Part shown: one piece after another, positions 23,340-35,863 of the stretch
Layout: the number at the start of each line of letters is the position of its first letter
Numbering within the stretch: position 1 is the stretch's first letter
Assembly: GCA_010909165.1 (NCBI GenBank)
Contig: MU008165.1
Coordinates: forward strand, 1,178,001 to 1,242,000
Direction: 5' to 3'
DNA: 64,000 bases
From: Anthoceros angustus
Taxonomy: Eukaryota; Plantae; Anthocerotophyta
Translations under genes and position numbers: made by a program
Notes under the pieces: generated by a model
The model's input: only the letters and a program-made list of their open reading frames with translations
Told to the model about the DNA's origin: nothing
Databases searched by the model: none

Positions 23340-23740
23340 CACTTCTGAGAAAGTGTGGGTAGGGAGGGGTTTCCCAGCGATGGTCGTTGTCAGAGGAGGA
23401 GCACTTGTGGCAACAATTTTTTCTGGACCCTACCTTGTGGTGGGACAACAGACTTCCGGCGAAAGGGGTCCGGCGAGGTGCTGTGGTTAAACGACATGCT
23501 TAAGGCAGCTTGGGTTGATGAGCAGCTCGTTTCCTTGGATATGCAGATGGGCCACGGTGTCTCTCCTTCCAAGTCGAGCTCTCCTTATGATCCTGAACTT
23601 GGAAGGCATGCTTATTCTGAAATGGGCTCCAGGTGCAGCAGTGTAAGGAGCCCAGCACTTCCACATCCAATGGGCCATGGTGCCTCTCCTTCCGAGTCCG
23701 GTTCTCAGGATAAGCCTGAACCTAGCGAGCCTGCACGATC
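23340..23740 (+). mobile_element. Possible LINE ORF1 (DUF4283-like) remnant with a 123-bp internal repeat
   Basis: VWVGRGFPAMVVV...IFSGPYLVVG weakly resembles the GRGFF...GPW motif of plant LINE ORF1; the 41-aa repeat MGHG-SPS-S-S---PE...SEMG is directly visible (23547 and 23670). Confidence 0.3.
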
Positions 23741-23820
23741 GGAAATGGGTGTCGTAACGGCTGGAACAGTGAGCATGTCACGTCAACAGGGGAGGCCTTG
23801 GAGCTCAGGCTGTTGGAGCT

Positions 23821-24032
23821 GTGGAATCTCTGGCTGAGACAGACTCTCCTATGTCTCAGTCTTTGATTTGCACTGTGATAAAGCTGTGTACAGCTAAGAA
23901 GGATTTGGTTGTGGGGCGACGAGTTCATGATCTCAGTGTCAAACTCGGGTACGAGTTGATTGCATACGTGGGGAACCATATCTTGCGCATGTATGTATGT
24001 GGAGGAAGGCTAGTCAAGGCCATGGATGTGTT
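23821..24032 (+). pseudogene. PLS-class PPR protein N-terminal fragment
   Basis: ICTVIKLCTAKKDLVVGRRVHDLSVKLGYELIAYVGNHILRMYVCGGRLVKAMDVF resembles L/S motifs of PLS PPRs; it ends abruptly in biotin carboxylase sequence. Confidence 0.6.
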
Positions 24033-24849
24033 CAGGATTCCGGCCAGGCCCAGGTAATTTTAGAACCAAAGGCCCGTCAAGGGCTGTGAAGCCCTCGTAT
24101 CCCGGATGTCGCTTACTGCCTCCGTCCTGAATGTATTTGTGCAGGCCGTATCACGGGCTATCTTCCTCCAGGTGGGCCATTTGTCAGGATGGGCAGTCAC
24201 ATCTACGCTGACTATGCTGTGCCTCCGAGATATGATTCTCTTTTGGGGAAGGTAAGCACATTGTGGATTGCATTTGTGCAGCGTTCACCTGTTCTGGGTG
24301 CCATCCTCACTTTGTGTACCTGTGCACCAGTTGATTGTATGGGCTCCTACCAGAGGAGCCATTGCGCGCATGCAACGTGCCTTAAACGATACAATCATCG
24401 CAGGTATCCCTCATAAAAGCGACCTTCCTAGTTGGTCATGGAAGCGCAGATCACAAACGTCTCCTCATTGGCTTCCCTTATCTAACTTTTTGCACAGGCA
24501 TACCCACGACAATCGAGTACCACAAGCTTATTCTGGAGGTTCAGGTCTGGCTGTTGTACTTATTGTGAATTCAATGGTCTCACTTTGCAGTATGAGGCTT
24601 GGTTGACTAACAAAATGACCCTTTGCCAGGACTTCAAGTATGGAAAAGTAGACACCGCCTTCATTCCGAAACATGAAGAGGAGCTCCGTGCTGTAGGACA
24701 TCTTTCACTTTTTTGTCTGTCCCGCTTGCTGGTCGGCATCGTGGCCAGAGGCAGCCCCTCATATCCATTTTGGTTTGATTGTGCAGCCACAGGCGTTGAC
24801 GACACTACCCAAGTTAGAGGAGCTCGTGAAAGCTGGAGCCGCAGTTTAG
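24033..24849 (+). pseudogene. CAC2: 5'-truncated second copy of biotin carboxylase (last 5-6 exons)
   Basis: Collinear with 16681-17496 including introns, with many substitutions; final exon PQALTTLPKLEELVKAGAAV*. Confidence 0.85.
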
Positions 24850-25378
24850 AGAGCCAACAGGTGTGTCTCCACGCTCACCTGTGGGGCTTTTTCGTGACTT
24901 AACCTCTTGTCAAACCGATGGAAAACTACATTATCAACAAAACGGTGTTGAACATTTTGGTAGTGAGCTACCTTGGGACTGCATTGAATTGCGGGCTGTT
25001 AAATCTGATCTACGTATTCGAGTCAAGAGTGCATGTTCTCGTCTAACCGATGTAAAACCACACCACACAGGGCTGAACTTTTTGGTGGTGGGTTCCTCCC
25101 AAAATAACTAGGGATTACATTGAAATGCGGGCTGTTAAACCTGAAAGAAGTGGTGGAATTGCGGGCTATTAAATTTGAACGAAGTGTTGGAATTGCGGGT
25201 GTTGAACTTTTTGGTGGTGAGTTCCCTCCCAAAAGTACTGGGGACCACATTGAATTGCGGGCTATTAAATCGGATCATGAGCCTGCAAGTTGTCTTCTCT
25301 GCCTGTCAATAGGCAACGTTCCAGAAATACAGGTGACACTGTCACATGTTCATAACTAAACTGGTGATAAGCAGACTT

Positions 25379-28018
25379 CTAAGTCCGAATAACGTAGGAA
25401 TTGGCGCTTGTCACGTATCTGACCCAGCGGTAAGGGTTGAAGGACTTTGACTTCCTCACGAGCTGAAGATAACGGACCTGCGACAAAGGGACGATTACAT
25501 TTCAACGACTCGGACAAAGTTGCCTCATTCCAACCCATAAAACGCAGCAAGGACGCACACGAACCTGCAGTCTAGACGCATTGAACATCGGGATCGTGAA
25601 ATTCATGCTCACGGGACCGGCTTCTTTCTTGATGTTCCCTGGAGAAGATCAAAGCAGCTAATTACCTACCCTCCTTCAAGCATGTACTCCAAAGAGCTTG
25701 CGCTGTCAAAATCACGAAAACAAAACCACATGCCAATCTGGAATACCATTTCTTTCTTGAGTCAACGTAAGCTTGGCTCGTAACGTATGATCAGTACCTC
25801 CCACAACCTACACGAGAAAGAGTGCAGCCAAAGAACTTAGAATGGGGACAACCACTATTCGAAGAGAAGGGCCCCATAACACAAAGTACGATACAACCCT
25901 CACCTTCTTAAGATGCCATTCCATTGTTTTGGTTGATTCTTTGAAATCCGTTGTCTGCCCGGCTGCTCCGGTTTCCAGCTCAAAGCTGACCCTGTAACAA
26001 CAGCACAGAACTCCTCTGACACCTGTGCTTCAAATGTAGTAGGCTACAGCAAACTGAAGCTAATGAGGCTGTAACCTTGACGTCGATTTTGGAAGAGGCA
26101 AACGCAGCACCACAGTGTTTGCTGCTATGGTAGAGGCAAAATCAGCTCGGACCTTCAGGGTGACCTCAGCCTGCAGGAGAACACGGACCTGTGACCCAAC
26201 ACTCTTTGCCATGGGAGAGAAGGTAAACAAAATACAACTCTCAAGACCACCTTAAAAGGGCCGGCCTCCTCGATGACTGGTAAAACTCTGAAAGGAGGTT
26301 TAAACTCCTGGGTCATCCGGTAGTTCATTACAGCAAACTCCCCATCAGGAGGTACCTGTTTGCACAATATGGTTTAAACACAAATGAAGTTCCTCAGAAA
26401 CTACAAACAGCACAGGTGAATAGAGATGTTAGCCAAATAGTTCAAAGGTGTTAGGAACACCAACCAGAGTAAGAGTGCGATCTACTTCAAAGTCATCAAG
26501 CCGCACCGATTCATGAAAGTTGCAGTCATCCAATATTACCGTGTTCATTCCTGTTGACCCGCTATAATCCGGTGCTGCATGTGAATGCCACATAAAAACA
26601 GCCATGCTCCATCATTACCCTCAGAAACCCATGGTCATACACTTGGGCAACATCTTATCAATTCTGAAACAGCCCTGACCAGCACATGCAACAGCGACAA
26701 CTGACAGTGACTGCCTTTAATCTCAAGAGAAACATACTATAGCCTGATTGTAAAGAACGGCCAATATTCAGATCCTCATTTAGAGCTACTTTGATCTCTG
26801 GATTCCCAGTCAAGTAGCTTTTCATCTGGATGGTACCATCAACCTCCGACGTCAAAATGTAGCCCTGCAAGTGCAACATTTCACTTAGCGAGCGCATGAG
26901 AAGGATGAATTGTGAAGATTCCAATTGTAAGTAATCTGTCTTACGCTTGAATTGAAAGTCACACTAATCTTCTCAATGATGTCCACAAAGACTTCTTCTC
27001 GCCTTCTGCCCCCTCCTTCAGTTGACACAACTGACTTTGTCACAGCAGTTCCAGGCACGCGCTTAGCTCCTTGCTGAGACAGCAGGTTACCAGCCTTCGG
27101 TTAACTCCCTGCACTATCAGCTCTCCTTCTTCATCCCCAACACATACCAGAAATTCAGAACTCAACATTCACAATCTATCCAACAGGATCAACTGTGCCT
27201 AAAGGGCTTACAACAAATATTGCTGCAGGGCCAAGAGATGGAATTCGTGCAGACTCCACAACCACAGGCTCATTGAAGACAAAGGACTTCAAAGCCTCCG
27301 TCGATGTGGTTTGTGGATAGCCAAAATCCTGAGGACAGCCAATCAGATCTGAGCAGAAGAGTTGAACAGGATTCAAGCATGGGACACACGACTGACTGGT
27401 CTTCACTCACAATCATTTCATCGAGCAGCTCGTAAACCAGTACAAAGTTCTTCCTGAGTGAATCCTCGTTCAAAACCCCAAGATAATCTTTGGTTACTCT
27501 GGCAATTCGTTGAAGCAGTTCCACAACAAGAGCAGGAGAAACGTTCACTCTCGTAGTTGCCACAAAAAGCAGTCCCGCAACCTTCACGTGAAGATAGTTT
27601 ACAGCATCCACATTCTGCAACGCATCGGAAAACATTTGAACACATTGCAATAGAGTCTACCCTCCATACGACTTGCTAAAAGCCCTTGAGGGAAAGCAAC
27701 AATCAAACGGGAAGCCAGCACAGCAAGTCATCGTCACATGACAATGTTAAGGAATACCTACGAACACAGGAGGTGCCTCTTCACTCTCTTCCCCCCCGTC
27801 ACCCTTCCAGAATTTCACTTTGCGGAAAAAGATCTCGGCGCTTCCCTTGGGCACATCGCCCCTGTCTGCGTTACAAATCCCTCCAAGCATTTCACTATGT
27901 GCAACACTTCTGCCCCATACCAAAGATCAGCAAGACACAACTTCAGATAGAAATCCTTACAGTCCCTGAAAATGATGTTATCACCCCGCAGGGAAAGGAC
28001 AAACAACTGCGATATCAT
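25379..28018 (-). CDS. AP4M1: Adaptor protein complex AP-4 subunit mu, multi-exon
   Basis: [120 protein letters not shown]. Confidence 0.95.
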
Positions 28019-28730
28019 TCTGAAACCGTTTGGAAGATCTACGCCTGCATGAATGAACCCAAGAGCATCAGAAGCCGTCAACCGTCATCATCGTGGAAGG
28101 TTCCAGCCAAAGAGCAGCATTAAGCATGAGCATTCTCAAGACATGCCAAGCATTTGACACATCAATCACCCAACACCTGGGAACCGGAAGAAATCGAGCT
28201 GACCGCAGGGATCCGGGGCTACGTCAGATGACGATATCAACCAGAAACCAGCTGCTCGAGAGACCCACGACGTTCACGAAGCTCACCGATCCTTGCAATT
28301 GAGCTTCCGAGATCAGTTCCGACCCTGACACATCCACCACCTCGATCGCAAGAGGATTCACAAAGACGGTAATGAAATAGTCCGGGGTAATTATGAAAAC
28401 GTAATGGGAACCAGGGTATTTTCCAACCCGGTTGCTCGTAGGTCTTGTATAGAGACCCCAGCTCTGACACTTCGGCACCCAGCTCTGTGAGTCTGAGTTG
28501 AAGTGACCACCCCTCTGTTGCGCGATCTGCAAGCTTCCAGAAGCCACAGTTCTTGCGTGAAGGTCGTGTGATCTGCGTGTGCTGCGTTCTTTCGAAATTT
28601 ATCTAAAGTGTTGGGTTCAGGTGTGTTGTGGCGAGCTCTACCGAATTCCAGTGAAAGCTGTTGGAGGTGATCGGTTCGGGTTCGATTTTCATTGTGTTCA
28701 CCTGAGCTTGCCGTTGTTGCTGTGCAGAAC

Positions 28731-28961
28731 ATGGCAATTTACAGGAGATGGAATATTGCATCAGGGCCTCTGGTTATGCTGGCCGCCGCTTTTGTCGCTG
28801 TCACTGCAGCTACATACTTGACCACCACTAGTGTAAGTTCGTGGCATTCTGAAAAGCTTGTTGTGGATATCGGGCTTCGTTTGCTTCAGGCCTTGAGTAT
28901 TGACTTGCATTGACAGGGCACAAGTTCCAGTGGTAACAAGCCTCCGAAGAAGGAGAAATGA
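28731..28961 (+). CDS. Spliced 48-aa single-TM microprotein (exons 28731-28832, 28917-28961)
   Basis: MAIYRRWNIASGPLVMLAAAFVAVTAATYLTTTS/GTSSSGNKPPKKEK*; GTAAGT donor, GACAG acceptor, phase 0; TGCAG acceptor just before the ATG suggests a leader intron. Confidence 0.5.
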
Positions 28962-29494
28962 GGACTTCCGGCAGTGGCAACATGATGCTTCGCTGTTTCC
29001 ATCCGTGCCTATCAATGAGTTGGGTGCCGGTATTGACAATTTTTGTAGTAGCGATCCCTTCATGGGGCAGTGCTTCACATGGGTGTAGGGATTTAAAATG
29101 ATGGACCCTCGATGCTCCAAAGATCTCTTGTTGTGAACAGGTTTTGGGATGCATCTTAGGGTAAACCATGGAAGTTCGAAGAACTCCGGCAACTTTGAGA
29201 CAGCGGTGGACAGCGAGTGCGAGTGCGAGTGTGATAATAATGTTCAACGTTCAGCAGAACTGTACAGTCAAAGAAAAATTGAAACGCATCTGACAAGATG
29301 GCTAGTTTCTGGGCCTCTCGACGTTCATATTTAACCACGTGCCTATCGTCCATTTATCTCTGGACTACTCGTTGTTAGCTACCAGATCTGCCAGCACCTG
29401 ATGCCCAAGACCCGGCAGTAGTCTGAATCGGTTTTGAGCTAAACCGCAGACCAGAGAGGTTTCGGAGGCAAGAGCTGCAGGTACAAAGGCATAA

Positions 29495-30371
29495 TTACTG
29501 CCGCTCTATGACTTGTAGTACCTTCTTAATAATCCGCTGCAGAGCTGATGCACTAGACGTGCATTGAGGGTCTGCAAAGCAGGAACGTCCCTCCTCAGCT
29601 GCTCTTCCCAGCCTAGGATCTAGAGGCACTCGCCCCAGAAAAGGCACCTTCATTGCTTTCGCCATCTTCTCTGCACCTCCGGCACCAGCATAGAACACCT
29701 CGGAGCAGGCAAAGACTGAGAGCAGATGAGGAGCATGTCGTTTGATCTCATCCAGCACTTGGTCAGTAACATCCTCCTCTTCCCCACTATCTAAGAACTT
29801 CTTGAACTCAAGACTTTCTAGTGGTTGTTGCAGGGAACTCATGTTCTCCACGACACCGAGGACAGGGATTCCTACTTTTTTACAGAAGTTAACCTCTTTT
29901 CTCACATCAATGAGGGACACCTCTTGCGGAGTAGTCACTATGATTGCCCCATCAACGTTTGTAGCCTTCAGATACTGTGCTATAGAAATGTGTTCATCTG
30001 AAGTGCCGGGAGGGGCATCTACGATAAGGTAATCCAAGTCCCCCCAGTAAACATCCTTCAAAAACTGCTTGATCAGACCATTCTTCCGTGGTCCCCTCCA
30101 AATGACAGCCTCATCTGGATCCGACAGCATGAACCCAATGGACATCACACCAAGATTATCTTCCACATAAACAGGAGACCAACCCAAGTTACTCTGATGT
30201 ATCTCTTGACCTTCAAGACCTAGCATCTTGGGTATACTAGGTCCACATATATCGATGTCCAGCAGCCCCACTTGCTTGTCTCTGGCAGCAAGCGCAAACG
30301 ACAGCTGTGCTGCAAAGGTACTCTTTCCAACTCCACCTTTTCCCAGACAGTACCAGCACTTTATGTGCAAC
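29495..30371 (-). pseudogene. NBP35: NBP35 cytosolic Fe-S scaffold, 3' part only; the 5' end is replaced by AP4M intron-1/exon-1 sequence
   Basis: [75 protein letters not shown]; lacks the N-terminal Cys cluster. Confidence 0.9.
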
Positions 30372-31709
30372 ACTTCTGCCCCATACCAAAGATCAGCAAG
30401 ACACAACTTCAGATAGAAATCCTTACAGTCCCTGAAAATGATGTTATCACCCGCAGGAAAGGACAAACAACTGCGATATCATTCTGAAACCGTTTGGAAG
30501 ATCTACGCCTGCATGAATGAACCCAAGAGCATCAGAAGCCGTCAACCGTCATCATCGTGGAAGGTTCCAGCCAAAGAGCAGCATTAAGCATGAGCATTCT
30601 CAAGACATGCCAAGCATTGACACATCAATCACCCAACACCTGGGAACCGGAAGAAATCGAGCTGACCGCAGGGATCCGGGGCTACGTCAGATGACGATAT
30701 CAACCAGAAACCAGCTGCTCGAGAGACCCACGACGTTCACGAAGCTCACCGATCCTTGCAATTGAGCTTCCGAGATCAGTTCCGACCCTGACACATCCAC
30801 CACCTCGATCGCAAGAGGATTCACAAAGACGGTAATGAAATAGTCCGGGGTAATTATGAAAACGTAATGGGAACCAGGGTATTTTCCAACCCGGTTGCTC
30901 GTAGGTCTTGTATAGAGACCCCAGCTCTGACACTTCGGCACCCAGCTCTGTGAGTCTGAGTTGAAGTGACCACCCTCTGTTGCGCGATCTGCAAGCTTCC
31001 AGAAGCCACAGTTCTTGCGTGAAGGTCGTGTGATCTGCGTGTGCTGCGTTCTTTCGAAATTTATCTAAAGTGTTGGGTTCAGGTGTGTTGTGGCGAGCTC
31101 TACCGAATTCCAGTGAAAGCTGTTGGAGGTGATCGGTTCGGGTTCGATTTTCATTGTGTTCACCTGAGCTTGCCGTTGTTGCTGTGCAGAACATGGCAAT
31201 TTACAGGAGATGGAATATTGCATCAGGGCCTCTGGTTATGCTGGCCGCTTTTGTCGCTGTCACTGCAGCTACATACTTGACCACCACTAGTGTAAGTTCG
31301 TGGCATTCTGAAAAGCTTGTTGTGGATATCGGGCTTCGTTTGCTTCAGGCCTTGAGTATTGACTTGCATTGACAGGGCACAAGTTCCAGTGGTAACAAGC
31401 CTCCGAAGAAGGAGAAATGAGGACTTCCGGCAGTGGCAACATGATGCTTCGCTGTTTCCATCCGTGCCTATCAATGAGTTGGGTGCCGGTATTGACAATT
31501 TTGTAGTAGCGATCCCTTCATGGGGCAGTGCTTCACATGGGTGTAGGGATTTAAAATGATGGACCCTCGATGCTCCAAAGATCTCTTGTTGTGAACAGGT
31601 TTTGGGATGCATCTTAGGGTAAACCATGGAAGTTCGAAGAACTCCGGCAACTTTGAGACAGCGGTGGACAGCGAGTGCGAGTGCGAGTGTGATAATAATG
31701 TTCAACGTT
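30362..31709. repeat. Second copy of 27897-29255 (AP4M 5' end, intergenic region, microprotein gene)
   Basis: Near-identical sequence with small indels; bounded by microhomologies tatgtgcaac (30362-30371) and tcaacgtt (31702-31709). The microprotein copy at 31193-31420 lacks one Ala codon. Confidence 0.92.
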
Positions 31710-32626
31710 TGTAGCCTTCAGATACTGTGCTATAGAAATGTGTTCATCTGAAGTGCCGGGAGGGGCATCTACGATAAGGTAATCCAAGTCCCCCCAGTAA
31801 ACATCCTTCAAAAACTGCTTGATCAGACCATTCTTCCGTGGTCCCCTCCAAATGACAGCCTCATCTGGATCCGACAGCATGAACCCAATGGACATCACAC
31901 CAAGATTATCTTCCACATAAACAGGAGACCAACCCAAGTTACTCTGATGTATCTCTTGACCTTCAAGACCTAGCATCTTGGGTATACTAGGTCCACATAT
32001 ATCGATGTCCAGCAGCCCCACTTGCTTGTCTCTGGCAGCAAGCGCAAACGACAGCTGTGCTGCAAAGGTACTCTTTCCAACTCCACCCTTCCCAGACAGT
32101 ACCAGCACTTTATGTGCAACGGTACTCATACGATCTGCTATGTCGACTAAGTCTGAAAAGACAAGGTCAGCTTAATTTTCCTCTTGCTACTCACAATGGT
32201 TAGGGATTCAGAACTACTTCGTCAGCCCAATTGAACACAGTCCGACCGCAGCTCAAGCGCACGACACAGCTGGACAAAGACGAACCTGGATCAGGACCCT
32301 TGGGAGCCGTTGCACAAGCCTGCTGATTGGGACATCCCTCACAGGCTGCAGCTTTTCCAGCTGTCTCAGCTTCTGTCCCAGGACAATCTGCCAGAGGAGA
32401 AATTCAAGTGATCCATCAGTAAGCCAGTTCCGTCGCAGAACTTCCATACCACCTATCCGAGCATACTTTGCTCCATCAGGGACACTCTCCAGGAGGCTGA
32501 GAGACTGCAGGAGGAAAATTGAAGTCTGAATGGATTGCTTGAGCTACACGGCACACGGCAAGTACGTAGATTAGCGTCTTCCGGGACAGCGCCGACGGCA
32601 TGCTCTTCGTCACCGCCATTCGCCAT
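31702..32626 (-). pseudogene. NBP35: NBP35 5' part only (with the N-terminal Fe-S exon), truncated after ...QYLKATNV
   Basis: Exons MANGGDEEHAVGAVPEDANL / HCPGTEAETAGKAAACEGCPNQQACATAPKGPDP / [28 protein letters not shown]...; the CX13CX2CX5C motif is diagnostic of NBP35. Confidence 0.9.
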
Positions 32627-33059
32627 GCCTCCGTCGGGCGAATGACTGGCTCTCAGTCGGGCTATGGCCGCGGTCTTCGATGCACACCCCTTTGCAGAGA
32701 GCCACCGCAACAACGGGCCAGACAATGCACTTTGCCACTGTGTGTCTAGGTAGTGAAATAGTCTTAGTTTGCCCCCTACAAGTCAATACCCGTTGCGCAA
32801 GGCGGAAAATAAAAAATAACTTGCGTGAATAAAAACATGCACATAGGAAAACAGGAATATTTAATCTCTTTTCATTATCTAGATTAATATATAAATTTAT
32901 TATTATTATTATTTCTATCTTTTCATCTATTTTATTTAAAATCATTTAATTATTTATAGTAACTTGCTATGAAATATTGATCTGGTCACTCGGCTTCATG
33001 TGTGTGACTTTGTTTTTTGGGTGTACGCTACGGAAAATATGCCATGGCATCTATCGGAT

Positions 33060-34730
33060 ACTTGTTGTGAACAGGTTTTGGGATGCATCTTAGGGTAAAC
33101 CATGGAAGTTCGAAGAACTCCGGCAACTTTGAGACAGCGGTGGACAGCGAGTGCGAGTGTGATAATAATGTTCAACGTTCAGCAGAACTGTACAGTCAAA
33201 GAAAATTGAAGTCTGAAAAGCTTGTTGTGAACAGGTTTTGGGATGCATCTTAGGGTAAACCATGGAAGTTCGAAGAACTCCGGCAACTTTGAGACAGCGG
33301 TGGACAGCGAGTGCGAGTGCGAGTGCGAGTGCGAGTGCGAGTGCGAGTGCGAGTGCGAGTGCGAGTGCGAGTGCGAGTGCGAGTGCGAGTGCGAGTGCGA
33401 GTGCGAGTGCGAGTGCGAGTGCGAGTGCGAGTGCGAGTGTGATAATAATGTTCAACGTTCAGCAGAACTGTACAGTCAAAGAAAATTGAAACGCATCTGA
33501 CAAGATGGCTAGTTTCTGGGCCTCTCGACGTTCATATTTAACCACGTGCCTATCAATGAGTTGGGTGCCGGTATTGACAATTTTGTAGTAGCGATCCCTT
33601 CATGGGGCAGTGCTTCACATGGGTGTAGGGATTTAAAATGATGGACCCTCGATGCTCCAAAGATCTCTTGTTGTGAACAGGTTTTGGGATGCATCTTAGG
33701 GTAAACCATGGAAGTTCGAAGAACTCCGGCAACTTTGAGACAGCGGTGGACAGCGAGTGCGAGTGCGAGTGTGATAATAATGTTCAACGTTCAGCAGAAC
33801 TGTACAGTCAAAGAAAATTGAAACGCATCTGACAAGATGGCTAGTTTCTGGGCCTCTCGACGTTCATATTTAACCACGTGCCTATCGTCCATTTATCTCT
33901 GGACTACTCGTTGTTAGCTACCAGATCTGCCAGCACCTGATGCCCAAGACCCGGCAGTAGTCTGAATCGGTTTTGAGCTAAACCGCAGACCAGAGAGGTT
34001 TCAGGCAAGAGCTGCAGGTACAAAGGCATAATTACTGCCGCTCTATGACTTGTAGTACAAGCTTGTTGTGAACAGGTTTTGGGATGCATCTTAGGGTAAA
34101 CCATGGAAGTTCGAAGAACTCCGGCAACTTTGAGACAGCGGTGGACAGCGAGTGCGAGTGTGATAATAATCCGCTGCAGAGCTGATGCACTAGACGTGCA
34201 TTGAGGGTCTGCAAAGCAGGAACGTCCCTCCTCAGCTGCTCTTCCGGGACAGCGCCGACGGCATGCTCTTCGTCACCGCCATTCGCCATGCCTCCGTCGG
34301 GCGAATGACTGGCTCTCAGTCGGGCTATGGCCGCGGTCTTCGATGCACACCCTTTGCAGAGAGCCACCGCAACAACGGGCCAGACAATGCACTTTGCCAC
34401 TGTGTGTCTAGGTAGTGAAATAGTCTTAGTTTGCCCCCTACAAGTCAATACCCGTTGCGCAAGGCGGAAAATAAAAATAACTTGCGTGAATAAAAACATG
34501 CACATAGGAAAACAGGAATATTTAATCTCTTTTCATTATCTAGATTAATATATAAATTTATTATTATTATTATTTCTATCTTTTCATCTATTTTATTTAA
34601 AATCATTTAATTATTTATAGTAACTTGCTATGAAATATTGATCTGGTCACTCGGCTTCATGTGTGTGACTTTGTTTTTTTTGGGTGTACGCTACGGAAAT
34701 ATGCCATGGCATCTATCAGATACTTGCGTA
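33060..34730. repeat. Patchwork of short direct copies of 28850-29560 and 32570-33060
   Basis: ttgtgaacaggttttgggatgcatcttagggtaaaccatgg recurs at about 33065, 33225, 33670 and 34065, interleaved with NBP35 3'-end and 5'-flank pieces. Confidence 0.9.
33307..33439. repeat. (GAGTGC)n hexanucleotide microsatellite, about 22 units
   Basis: Directly visible; sister copies of this segment carry only 2-3 units (e.g. 29214-29231). Confidence 0.95.
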
Positions 34731-35734
34731 CAATACACGTATAATATGTGCCACATCAGCTTCGGTAGGTTCGTATGCGGGGCAAAAACTTTCTATGATA
34801 CAATGTTAGCTTTGTGTTCCAATTGTGTCATGCACATGTTTTCTTCTTTAGGGTTTTAGGGTTCTGATCACCACACATACATGTTAAACAGGCGGCCAAG
34901 ATATTGTGCGAGTGCGAGGAGCGGGGAGGCCGCCCGAGTACTGCAGATGGTGGGCAGTGAGCCACGCCGTGGGCGTGGACAGGGATCAGCCTGCTGCGTT
35001 ATGTGGTTAGTAGGCCCTTTGAACTTTACTCTTGTGCACTGCAAGCTTTTTTGGGTACAAGTCTTGTATTTGTGCGATTGTTTTCATGGAAGCCCTTCTT
35101 GTGTTGGTTTTTGTAGTACAAGCTTGTTTCAGGGTACTTAATGCTATGTGAAACTGCGCCCCCATAGGCAGCAGGAAACGTTGTAGCCAGTGCCAAACAC
35201 TGCAGCCCTACATGCAAGGGCAAACGCACTCAGCCACTCCGCAAACACAAACGATGAGTGCAGCGCAAACGCAAATGTAAAGGGTATGCCGCCCACATAC
35301 GGCGCCCAGATGCATGCCGCATTACGGAAGCATAAATGACCCTAAACACAACCCTAAACCCGAGAGAAAAAATTTACGTGTATCGTGAAAACTTTGTGTG
35401 CATCATCGATGATGCGTGGGTTGACGACATCGAGGGGCTTAGCCCCGATGTGGTCATGACACACCGAAATAGTTCGCCTTATTGAGGGACTATTTCTTCA
35501 TCCACAACCCTAAAAAATGTGGATGCGCGTGATCGGATCGGTATTCCATAACACCATATTATACATTTTCAATACATTTGAATCTTAGTTAAAGAATTTT
35601 ATATAATTTATTTCTTACTCTCTTAGTTTTTCCTATTCCTCTAATTTTTTTCACTCTTGAATCTTGAGTCGATCAATTATCTTTATATTACATCTCTATT
35701 GCATTCTTTCTTTCTTAGTACTCATCTCATCTAC

Positions 35735-35818
<84 letters not shown>

Positions 35819-35863
35819 TTACTATTACTACTATTATTACTATTATTATTACTATTACTATTA
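35735..35863. repeat. (TTA/CTA)n compound microsatellite, copy 1
   Basis: Directly visible; followed by ggctaactca. Confidence 0.95.

Noticed and set aside
24980-25277. Repeated ~21-bp motif with variable spacing as a CRISPR array
   Set aside because: Copies are degenerate, spacing is irregular, the intervening sequences are related to each other, there are no cas genes, and the context is eukaryotic.
29495-30466. 323-aa ORF as a genuine AP4M-NBP35 fusion protein
   Set aside because: The N-terminal part reads through AP4M intron 1 and starts from an indel-shifted ATG; it is a by-product of the duplication junction.
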